This document shows positions 27,215-39,200 of a stretch of 64,000 nt of DNA, in pieces. The position numbers and the translations under genes were made by a program. The notes below the pieces were generated by a model that saw nothing but the letters and a program-made list of their open reading frames with translations, made no database searches and had not been told where the DNA came from. The stretch comes from Iphione sp. A-MEVVRFRX5 (taxonomy: Eukaryota). The stretch lies in NCBI GenBank assembly GCA_976226885.1, contig OZ320321.1, positions 50,902,001 to 50,966,000 on the forward strand, given 5' to 3'. Numbering within the stretch: position 1 is the first letter of the stretch; every line of letters begins with the position of its first letter.

Positions 27215-30200
27215 AGCATCACACATAGAAACGGAGAGGGGTGAGGGTGAAGGGGTGCTTTCTTTAAGGAACATGTCTATAGAGTAGGCTATCTCTTGTT
27301 GATCATTCATCGTGTGTGGTCAATAATCCAGTATCAAAAGAAGCTGTGCAGGAAGTATGAATTACCTACAATGATATAATGTATGGGGAGCATAGTTTGT
27401 AGTTTCATTGAAATATGGCCAAGCAGATTGGATCCATGTAAGCTAATACCGAGTGCAGCGGACAAACAACACTTCTCCTGTGCTCACGAGATTGAACGTC
27501 GGGTATTTCTCATATAGTATCATCTGGGCAGGAAATTGAGTTCAACCGGTGATGCCATGTGCGCCACAGTATGAAATGGTTGGTGGAAAACATAGAACAG
27601 AGGCTATGCCCAGGCACGATTCGAATCGAAGTTAAATTTAAATGTTGTGTGCTTTAGTGCCTCCTTAGAGCCAGCTGTAGTCACCGTTCGACTACCTCCA
27701 AGGACGTACAATAGGTAAAGAATGGTTGCTGGAAGGGCACCGAAAAGTAGCATCTCTTCGAGTACAATGTCTTAGAATATTCTCCCTGTAAACCAAAAGG
27801 AAAGAAAGAAAAGGCCTCAGCAACAATGTCAGAGCTACAAAAACACCGAAAAGAGAAGCTTTCTAGTGATAAACGAGACTGAAGCTTAGCACAAGTATAC
27901 GGTGTGTATTTTTTTGCTGGTACCGAAAAAGATACAGGAAGTAGCATATTCTATCGCCAACATTCCGGCGCGGTTGGCGGGCCATCTGTGTTCATGTGTT
28001 TGTTGCACGTGGCTCCGCCTTGATGGATGGAGGGTGGGTCGGGATGTACGTTTGGCCAGTGAAGGCATCAGGTGGTCAAGTAGGGGTGGGACGGCCGACC
28101 TGCCCACGGCGCTGCTGTCCCTCCCGTGCCGAGAGCATTTATGGCCGCATTGTGCGGCCGTGATACCAACACCTTAACGCCATTAGGGCTACCTTGGGCG
28201 GAGGTGCCGCAGCACATATGAGCCGGGCCCTGGAGCTGCCACTGGGCGGCATGCAAATTGCGTCGCCTGATGAATAAAGTACACCTCCTAGTGATGGTTT
28301 CTTGGCCGCGGCGAGCCAGCTCATGAACCTACTAAAACATATTGTTTCTTGCCCGTCTTACTTATGGCGGTATCTATGTCGAAATTTTATACTGTGTGTC
28401 GAGCTGAGTTATTCCACCGGTATCGTCTTAACGTTGTGCCTATGTGTACCATATCGTCGTAGGATGTCATCGTGCAGATGTTTTGTGTTATGTTGACAGC
28501 AAATATTTATCTACAGAAGCATTTTCCAAAACGAAAATAATATCAATTTTTAAGTAAGATTAAAAAGCATAGTTTGTGATAGACTAGTGAAGTATGCTGG
28601 GTAATAAACATGCATATTTTTCGATGGAAGCAATACAGGTTACATAAATGATAATAGTTTAAGGCTGATCTGTCTGTCTTACATTCCATAGGTATTCCTA
28701 GTAAGCTGTCAAATATTACTCTTCATTATCCTTATTCTTTATTTAATTACGAACTAAACATTTATCTCTAAATATCCCTCTAGACTTGATACCTTACGCA
28801 CTAACGACCTCTTTTATGCCTTCAAATTAGAAGCTAATTTGGCTTGGAGCTATTTAATTCACGATGGCTTGTATCAGAAAGGATGAAGATACATGTAATG
28901 GACTCTACTCTCTATGAGAGATAAGGGGAAAATCACTGGTGCGTCACACGCCCCATCTGAGACACCTACCCTCCCTCAGCATGGGGCTCTTGGAGGACTG
29001 GGTCCCTGAGGGAGGGATCGTTTATGTTGAGCTCTGCGGGGATTGGTTCTCACGAGGAAGACTCCCGGACTTGATGGCGGGGATAGGCATCTAAGCATTC
29101 TACTGTTGGTACAGCCAGCCAAATGGGCATCTCCTCCAAAATAGCTCCTCTTCAAACGGCGTCAAATTGCCATCATCTAGTCTGGCAGCTTCTACTCTCT
29201 GTTCATTGATGTATAATGGAGAGAGAGCCTTCCGTCCCTGTTTGTTTATGCAAGAGAATTTTTGCGTGTTATGATGTTGTACTGTTATTGATCACAGTGT
29301 TTCCTCAAAATAACAACCATCGCGGGAATATACATGTACTACGGCAAGACTTATTTCACACATTTCGAGAGAGCCTAGCAAATGAACAACCTTCCATTTA
29401 GTGTAAGTCATGTCATATAATTATATTCATAACTCGCTGTTTATGCACTATAAACCCATATCAGTTCGGGAAGGTTCGGGCCTCAATTGTCAGATGTTAA
29501 ACCGATCAACCGTCAGTTCGGTCGGTATAATTGGTCACATTCGGCGATTCCCCAGAGCCGGGAGGACCTGTACGTCACAATGCGAAACCCCAGATAACAA
29601 GGCACTTGGAAATCTCGGCAACCTTTCGGGTCGCGCCCACCCGTGATCACCACCGCACCGAATATACCTTCAAAAGCCTTTCCTGCGATCCCCCCCCCAC
29701 CCACCCTCGTTATGTATCCTCGATCCCCCTCCTCCCCCTCGCTCCTGGCTTTGAGCAGCCAGTCAGCAGAGGATATCTTGATTGACAGGCCTTGAGAGGC
29801 GCCATTCGAGCCTATCGAGAGTTTTGGCGTGACCCGAGGTCAAAGGCATGCAAATATTGCGCTTGGTCTGAAGGCGATGCTTTAGCCATTAGCCTTTTTC
29901 CAGCGCCGGCAGTGTAGACATCAGTCGAGCCGCTCATTGGTCATTGCGCTGGGCGCGCGTCATCGTCCGTCTCACAACTCCGCTCTAGCGAGGAAATATA
30001 TGAGCGACTCGTTCTGCTGAGCGCCCACTGCTGGCTGAGAAGGTGAACCCTCGGGTGTGAAATTGTCGGTCGGGCTGGAAGTGGACGTCGGAAAGAGCGT
30101 CCACATATCGATGGCGCGCTGAATGCGCTGTTGAACAAGAAGGTTACAAGCATGCAGAAAAAATACATATGATTGGATTCCGTCGTTAGACCTCCATGTT

Positions 30201-33200
30201 TATGTCCATAATAATATAATAAAAAGATATATCAATTCTGATTGTATATAGGATGCACGTACCAATATATTATCCTTAAAGGTATGATGCCCCATCCTTC
30301 ACAAAATGAGATCAAAATTAAACCGAGGGTAATGGAATAAACAAAATAAGATGCTTATCATAATTCCAGCTGCAAAAGAAAATGAAATGATGACCATAAG
30401 AGATATCACTTAGATGCCGAAAAGATGTATTTATTCTAGGTCCTTTGGCTACCGGTTTGTCAAACGTGGTAGTTAATATTCTTTTTCAGCTATAAATCCT
30501 CTGGCAGATATTATCCGCGACCAAAAGTCAGTGTCTGGTCTTAGACCGAGACAAGTTGTAGACTACTCGAATGTAGTTATGGCTCTCCCATTGTGAAGCG
30601 ATGTACGCTAGCCGGCCTTGACCAGACTCAGACCAGTTATCTCAGTGGTTACTCTGTCCCGTTCAGCCCGCCCGAAGGCATCCTTTTGAATATTTAAGTG
30701 CTGTTCACCTCCCCGGCGCTACCTCGGACGGGGCTGTACGCGGCTCTCGGGACTTGCCGGTATGATGGAGAGGGACGGCAGGAAAATGAATGGTTGCCAA
30801 GAGCCCTGATGTAAACAGATTAGCCACCGTCTGGTCTTCTAGTGGTAAGCATTGTGCAGCAGGGCAACTAACGAGAAGTACTCCACTACTAGTTTGCTTT
30901 CCACGCAACCTGTACCGTATTTACCGAGACAATTGCCAACTTTCTTCCTTGACACGGCAGTGCAATTGGTTTTATAATTGAAATTGGAAGACAGCATCCG
31001 GGAGTTTCTTCAGTACGAACAAATATGATCAAATTCCCACATCCTTGTCTTATTGAAAATAAAACACGTTAGAACAGACCAAAAACACACACGCAGAGTA
31101 TACATTGTTGCGAAAGGAGTTGTGCGCCATACCTTTCTGAGTCCTCTTATCGCAATCACACATCCATATTGACTGAGACCTGAAGACAGCAGCGTCCAAC
31201 ACAGACACCCGGCACTCTCCACCACTTCGCACTGATTATAGTCACTAAAAAGAGACTGACACGCCTTGGCCGATCACTCCATCAATCAAGACTAAGCCTA
31301 ATGAGAGGCAAGAATCTAGCCACCGCTGGCGCCTGTCCGTCTTAATTATGCCTACCATTGGCGGAGTCGCCTTGGTGGTAATTTGAGAGAGCTCTTTAAT
31401 TGGACACTGATCCAACAGTTTTTGATAGGATCATCCACTGAGGGATGATAGGATCAGCATTTTTCAGGCTCCATGGATTTTATCATTAGTTCTACCTTTG
31501 CAGGAGTTTTTATTCTCGAGGACTTAGACTTGACTGTTGGTGGAAAAGTGAATTTGGGTATGTGTAAATGTTTGGCGGGAAAAACCGCAGAATACAGTTA
31601 ACTGGGGCTACAATCACCCTTACCCGTCTCCAGTGAGAGGCTTACTGAGTACAATATGGACAAATATACTGTGTGATCAATTTATATATTCGAAATGTTG
31701 AACCCAACGATTTCGTTGAAAATCATTGTCATTTTAAAGGATTCTCGTTTCTTACTGTTTCTGTTGAATATCTGCTTGATTTTCCCTGCATTTAATGCAT
31801 ATTTTTTGCTGAATTTGAATGGAAAAGGTATGGCTCAAATACATGTATACCTTTTTTAGAACCTTGAAAAGCCCAGTCATTCTAATCTTCATTCATGGTG
31901 CCTGCAGTGTTTTTCTTCAGGGTTAATTATTGCATTTTTATTAAATTGTTTTCTACTTCAGTAAGAAAGTTCTCCCTCATCAAGTTTAAGTATTCATGAG
32001 AGTATTGGCTATGTATCCACACTTTGTCAAGAACTGACACTGTCCCAAAGTGGATGCTTGCAGACCCAATGGCAGAAAGCGTATGAATCAAAATGTGCAC
32101 ACGTGGATATTAAACCTTTCATAATATGGAAAATGGACCATTTTACAGTGCATCATCTTATATCGGTGGATAAATGGATAGAGATATGGATAGGTAGATA
32201 CATAGTCAGGTAGATATGCACAAATGCATCCTTTTCCCTTCAAAGTACGTGCTACTGCGGCATGCATCTCGTAGATCGAAACCCCAAAGCAAGCAAGATA
32301 TTTCTTAATCAGTTTCCATCAACATGAATTAAACCTTTCAAATATAAGTAGCTTTACTACGAAATATATGTACATGTATATAAATACTAGTAAATCTAAT
32401 TCAAAATGCGCTTCATGAGTTCATTTCCGTCCATCCATTGAATTATCGAGTCAGCCTTAGAAATTGCTTCCTATTTACTGGTTCTTTCATAAAAAAAGAA
32501 CTGCAATCATCATGAGTTATAATTAATATCGTTTACCTGAAAAACACTAATTGCACAGGGTGACCAAAACCATGTTGAATGTTTCAGCAACACAAGAACA
32601 AACATAATGTCCCACGTGATCTGTCCTGCTGTTCCTCAAAGCATTTGTAGGTAGCGATACATCAAGGCGCACGGCAACCATGAAATTCCCATCTAAAACG
32701 GCCGAAATCCCTTTCTCCCTGCAGTGAACGTGACTAACGTTGATGTGTGATTTAATACTTCTTTGGGTACCACAGCAAATCTAAGACAAGAAGACGCTTT
32801 CTCGAAACTGTGTTTATATAGACATATACAACGTGTTAGAATTGGTCTTTGGAATCATCGCTGATTTCAGACCTATAGAAATCAATTTGTCCTATCGATT
32901 TTCCAGTGTGTTCGTGTCAAAGGATCTAATCTTGCTATCAGTTAGTGGCACCATGTGCATCATATTATTTCAGATATTGAAGAGAGAGGAAGGTTCACTC
33001 TTTAAAATGATTCGATGGAATGTTTCTAGCACGAAAGATGCTTCTCCGTCTTCATGGCACTATGAAAGGCTGTTTTCTCGTCAAATCATGGTGTTTTGTC
33101 TCACCTGTCTCCCTCGCAAAGACTGTTTGGCCTCGTCGGTGAGGATGAATCTCCGACTTCACTGTCTGCGCTGAGAGCGGCTGTTCTGAGGATTACCTAC

Positions 33201-36200
33201 AGTCTATCATTAATTCAGAGTATTGAGATATAACGACGGTTCCCAAATCCACCTCACACAATGTGGAATCCCACCGGTATTAGATCTTGATCTAGTATTT
33301 CTGAGCGTATTAGGAAATTGTGGGACAATACCACTCCGTCCTATAAAGGTCGAATATTTTCACAAAGGACGAAGTCAAATACATTCACAGTGTTATTAAG
33401 CCATGGAAGGAAATCTGAGCGCCTTTCTGAGGTAAAGAAACTACTTTAAAGGATTGCCATTTGATAATGCAATCCAAAGATTCGGGAGGTTTTTATGGAA
33501 AAAGCATGCTTGCCATTTGTGCATTTAATCCATAGATATCATGTTTTCATTAAATGTAGATTAAATTACACGACAATATTTACGAAATATTTAGAGATAT
33601 TTTTGACATGTTTTCGGCTTTTTTCTCTAATCACGCCAAATTTGATAGACACCAAGGCAAGAATGTTCTATACGGTTCATGTGTACTTGTATATGGGATT
33701 GTTTGTCTGGAATTGTGTTGCAATAGTAAATATCAAAGGAACATCGAGGTCGCTTGGCCCTAATGTGTTTTTTTTCTTTACGTGGAAGCCATATATCGCT
33801 CGAAGTTTACGTCATTTAATAAGGTGCTCGGTGGGTGTGAAAGGAGGGGAAAAAGTCAAGGGATTGTTCGGACCGACCGCATTTTGTGAATAATTGATGG
33901 CGAAGATGGGGCTTTGCTTTGCCTGGCATCAGCAGACCGATAGGATGGCCCACAGGACGTGTCGTGTACACGTCAGCCACTCGTCATCCGGGCTACGCCG
34001 CGCAACAGGCAGCGTCTATCCGGGGCCTTAATGTGCCAGGAACACTGGTCACAAAGGACGCAAGGTCATTAGACACTCGTGGCGACGGATATGTCCGGGG
34101 AATTCAGAGGAGCTTAGGCCATTACGAATGTTTCGAGAAATACAAATAGAATCTCTTTTAATCCGAGAGGAGTTTTTGTCAGCAAAGAGATTCCAAACCG
34201 TGCGACACCCTACAAAGGTCTCAAAGAAGATTACGTTTGCTCTGAAGCTTGCTTTCAAAAAGACCACTGAATAAGTTCACCAATAGTACAACAAAACCTG
34301 TCATTTATCATCCGTGGTGTGTAAAGTGCATCTAAGACTATGTTAATATCATTGAAATCAAACGGGATTCCATGGAACTTTGGCCATATGTACAGCAACT
34401 AAAGAATGTTAGGTGTTCTTAAAACGTAAAAGGTGATGTCTACAAAAATTAACTCTTTGCATGCAGCTACACCTGAACTCTTAGAACAAAAGTGTATTCG
34501 ATTTACTCCTTTCAAACGGTGAATTTCAATTCATTATATATAGGTGCTCGCTCGTTCAGCAGTATTAGAATGCCCAATTGCTGTCAGGAAACCTAATTCA
34601 CTGGATTCCAGGTGCTAGTTAATTACACTGTGGCTTTTTGTCTAGTCCGATGACCAAAGATCAGTAAAAATAAATATACGGAATGCTGGCGCTAGCAGTC
34701 CTGTCGTTCACCACATCGGTCGTCTACCTCATCCTTAAATAGAAAGGCATAAATTTCCCGCCAGAATGACCCCTTTTAGAGGATGCTGGCTTGTGGCCAT
34801 AACGAGGCTGAAAACAATTCTCAGAGTGTTGTTGCCTTGTTGACAATGGCCGCACGCTATTTTCCTGTGGCATGTGCTACGACGCCGGCAAGTCTGTCGT
34901 AGTCACTTCTCCCACAAATATGCAATTGCACACTACCTCTTCCCCAGCAATGATTTTTCTCTCTCCTTTTCACGGACCCATCGTCGACCACACACCGTCT
35001 GTTTCCGTCCATTCCTTTGCAAGCCTACACATCCTCCGCAGCCGGCAGTGAAATCCAGTAGCCTGTTTTCCTTAAGAGTCCATGCGGCGCGAAGGAGCAT
35101 AGCCTGAAGCGCCATTTAGTTTTCGACACTTCTCCAGGGAACATTGAAAGGCACTTTTGCACTCATTTGGTTGGAGGCCTCTCGACTATCTCCCCCCGTC
35201 CCTTTACGTCACGCAGTTGTTGGGTTTTACCGATCATCTCTCTCCCGCTGAGAATGCCCTGTCGCCATGGAGACTGGGGGAGATGCGCAAGTAATTGGCT
35301 ACTTTAGCTTTCTCTACGCGCCTCTGGGCTGCATCGGCCATAGCGTAGAGAGACCCGTGGGTGGGAAAAGAGGAAGGACAGACAGTATTTGCGCAAGACC
35401 CAGCAAAGACTCATTGGTGGAAGTGTGCAGTAAGGCGAGGCATTTGGCAGTGCTGCCTTGGCAACGTGAAGCCATGCGCCATGCTTAATAATGATATCCT
35501 TGCGGCCTGTCCATTTGTCCAAGTGGGAGTTCTAAGGGCACAAATGGCTTCCTAATCTGGTGAGCAAGGGTTATGTTTGAGCTGACAGAAATTATGGGAA
35601 TTTTGTGTGGTTTCCTTTGCGTTAGTCATTGTTAACTATAAAAAATGGACCCACCAAAATTAAATTGCCTACAGTATTACTGTGTCATTTGCGAATGTTC
35701 TGCTTGCTTGTTTATTGCGAGTTGTTTTCATTGTTATTCATAGTAATATTTATCAACGGGTGCGAGTCTTAAAGCTGCACTATTAGCTCTTTCGAAAAGA
35801 GACGCTCTGACATAGGAAGGCAGCCAGATCCTATATCCGGTGTCGTCTTCAATGATAGGCCATGTCGCGTCGCACAAAACAGTCAGGCTATTGCGTTTTA
35901 ATAGATATTATCTTTGACATTGCGGTCGTCCTACCTTGCTTTGATAAAAAGATTACATCAGAGAGGTAGCACACTGAGATGGCTTCAAGAGATCGTGTGA
36001 GGATGAAATATTCAGGTCTCCATCGGCACTCATCTCTATATTTGATTAAGGGAAAGGCCATTCTCATATCTTACCTGTGTGCGTGTTGTATAGTAACTGT
36101 TTACGAAAATAGAATTTCCGACGCAAGTCATGGGTTCGGTCCACAGTCAAGGCATGTATATATTTTCCATAGTGTGGCTTTGAGTACCTTCGCATGGCGA

Positions 36201-39200
36201 TACGAAGGTTCATGGCTCTCAGGATACCAGAAACATAAACGTAACGACCGTCTTATTGTAGCACTTGAATGTACATAAACCGCTATTTTAGACCTAGCTG
36301 AATGCCTTAAACGTGTAAATACATGTATAGAGTATTCCAGTGCCAGTGTGAATGCTTGTAAGAATTATTTTAACTTCACGCTCCTTTGTTTCTCTATTGG
36401 ACAGACCCTAAACCTGTTGAGACGTTCGTCTTCGACGACCTGAGTCTCCGACGGGATGAGTCGAAAGTGGTTGCTAAGAAGGCGCCGGGCCAGCAGGAGG
36501 CCCAGGACGAGCAGCACCGCCAGGCCGACTACACTGGAGACACTCTGGAGGACCCAGAACGTCCCATCAAGGTGCCTCGTATGGATGAACCCAAGCTGCC
36601 CTGCACCGAGCTCGAGTATGAGCAGCTCAAGTCGAACCTCATGCAGTACCACTGCGCCCGCATTGGCGAGCCTGACTGCAGCTCCAATTCTCCAAGTGAG
36701 TGCAATCTTCGTTTGAGATACAAGTACAGACAAAGCAATAATCAATACGTAGGACTTAGGTGAATATATCGCTGGCTTACCCTAAATATGTAATCCACAT
36801 ATGCGCCGCTACTGTTGTATGATGTACCTTAGTGCACATGTTTTAGTTTTGCTGCCTCTCAGCTGAGGCTAATCGGTTACATACCACCTACGTGTAACTT
36901 ACACTATTTTTTCCCTGTGCTGCAGGAAAACAATTTGTAGCCAACATTATGTTCAACTACTACGACCGCAACAGCAACCAGGTGCTGGATGAGGCCGAGC
37001 TGGAGGACGTGGAACATCGCGACCATCTGGAGAAGCTGTCTCGCTTCTGTGGGCTAGCCGATATGTTAGCTTATGATGACAAACAGGAGGATGGCAACAT
37101 CTCACTGCCAGAATTCTACACTGCCTTCCGTAAGTGCACCATCTTGGTCCCACATGTTCCTCTCTAACTTTGATTTATGGACTGCTGTTTTGGTCTGTAA
37201 CAATTTTTTTTAGCTTTCGTTATGCCGATTTCAGTGATAAGTTGCCCCCCTGCAAGTGTTAGTCATTTGTTGTGTGTTTTCTATATAGCCTTTTTCTTTG
37301 ATCTTCGACAAAATAATACATGATAAGCATGAGAATGTGTCCTTTTACCATTTTAAGCACTGTATCATCCAAGATTATACAGCCTATCCCCTTTAAACCC
37401 AAGGGACATAGAACACGGAAATATTATGGTCCCGTCTGCTTACATAATAATATTTAGACCACTTATAATATTTAGACTACTGAGCTCTTAGTAAGAAGGA
37501 AACCTGGAACATACCGGTCAACATGGTTATATTGAAAGGCTTTGAAAAAAAAGGCAAGAGAAAATTTATGCGTAGTACTGATGAAGATGCTGTCGTTTTG
37601 AGTAGACTGGCCGTGAACATTCTGCGTTCTCTCTCACGTAATTTATAAATGTCTGCTAAGGCGTAGAGACATCGTTCTATATAATGACAAATTACCCCTT
37701 AGCCAGTGTGTCCTAATTAGGTTCTCCGTCAGAGTAATCCGCGTCTTCACTATCGACTTTGTGACCCTCTGCAGAGAGTATATTCACATGAGTGTCGCGT
37801 CAGACGGATAATGCGGGCAAGCTGTAGTCATTAATTGGGATTCCTTGGATAGATGGGCCTTATTCATAAAGCATGCTGAGTATAAAGTAAGGGTAAGCGT
37901 GAGATCCTTGTGGATGCAGCCACATCATCGCCATCTGTGCCAGTGCTGACAGACCCTTGTTGAGCCTTCTGCCACCAGTGGGGGGGGCTAGCTTGCACGA
38001 GCTTTTGCTCACCTGACTACGCTCGGTCCATCTGCGGGCTATGTATAACTACCTGTGGTCCCGTCACCATGGCAACCTGGAACCATGCCACACGCAGGAG
38101 AGGTATCATTAATCTTGCCTGGTAGATTGCTCTCCGTGGGAGGGGTGGGGGCAGAGCCCAGACGTAAGGGGTAGAGTTAGAATCACGAAAAAGGTGGAGA
38201 AGGGTTGAAGTCAGCACTGCTTGGCGGCGGGAAGATAGGTGGACATGTTGTCAAGGTTATTGATCAGAATATTTTTCGCACTCTGGAAAGATCAATATTC
38301 TACGGGTCCTATCTAAATGGCTAATATGGCAAACCAGTTGACTGAATATGAACATTCAACTATGAAACAGGTGCATATGACTATCAGCACTCAAAGAGTT
38401 ATACATGTACATGTACCACATAGGCCCACATATATCATCCGTCGCGGTTCTCCAACACAATTGTTCGTTTCTATTGGCCACCACAGCATGGGGGGATTCG
38501 GCTGCATGTCGCGCAAATGGAGTTTTAGGATAATCAGTTTAATTGTTTACTAAACGGAACTTTGATACCTCAATATATAGGCCATTTTGTCTCATCAGAA
38601 CGGGGGGACAGATCTATAGGTTTAGTAGATCAGTGAACCCGTTCTGTTAGCTTGTAGCTCATTATGTTTGCGGTGAAATATATACATGTATTTCCTTTTG
38701 CGGATGAAAACCTACTCAAAACAGGAAGTTGTGAATTGGGTTACTTTAATAAAACAAAGTAATCGACAAAAAGTTGGTAAACGAAACTATCCTCGCGCTG
38801 TAAAAAGATCCGTCTTTTATTCTTTGTATCGGTCATGTCATCTCATGACGCATTAAAATAATTGAGCTACCCATTCAAGTAGAAACCTTTCACAGAAACC
38901 TTCCGCTTGTATTTTTAAAATTTCGGTATTGAAAGAATATTTAAGCTTATTTCATAATTTATACAATATGTAAGGTACACTATCTACACTTGTAATTTAT
39001 AACGATAATGAAATGACGCCTCTCACCAACCAACAACAAACCAACCCACCTCCCATTACTCGTGTTTGCCGTAATAACAGATGACATAATTCCGAGATTA
39101 GGCTGGAAACACAGGACCACAGTAAACGAAAGGCCTCAGTATGGAGGAAAACGGAAAAGGAGCAGAAAAAACCTGAAACTTTATAGTCCCATCAATATCA

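Noticed and set aside
27004-27310. ORFs with (RE)n or (SL)n repeats
   Set aside because: These are translations of the (TC)n microsatellite.
27605-27632. GATTCGAATC, resembling a tRNA T-loop
   Set aside because: No cloverleaf or A-box could be built; at most a SINE relic.
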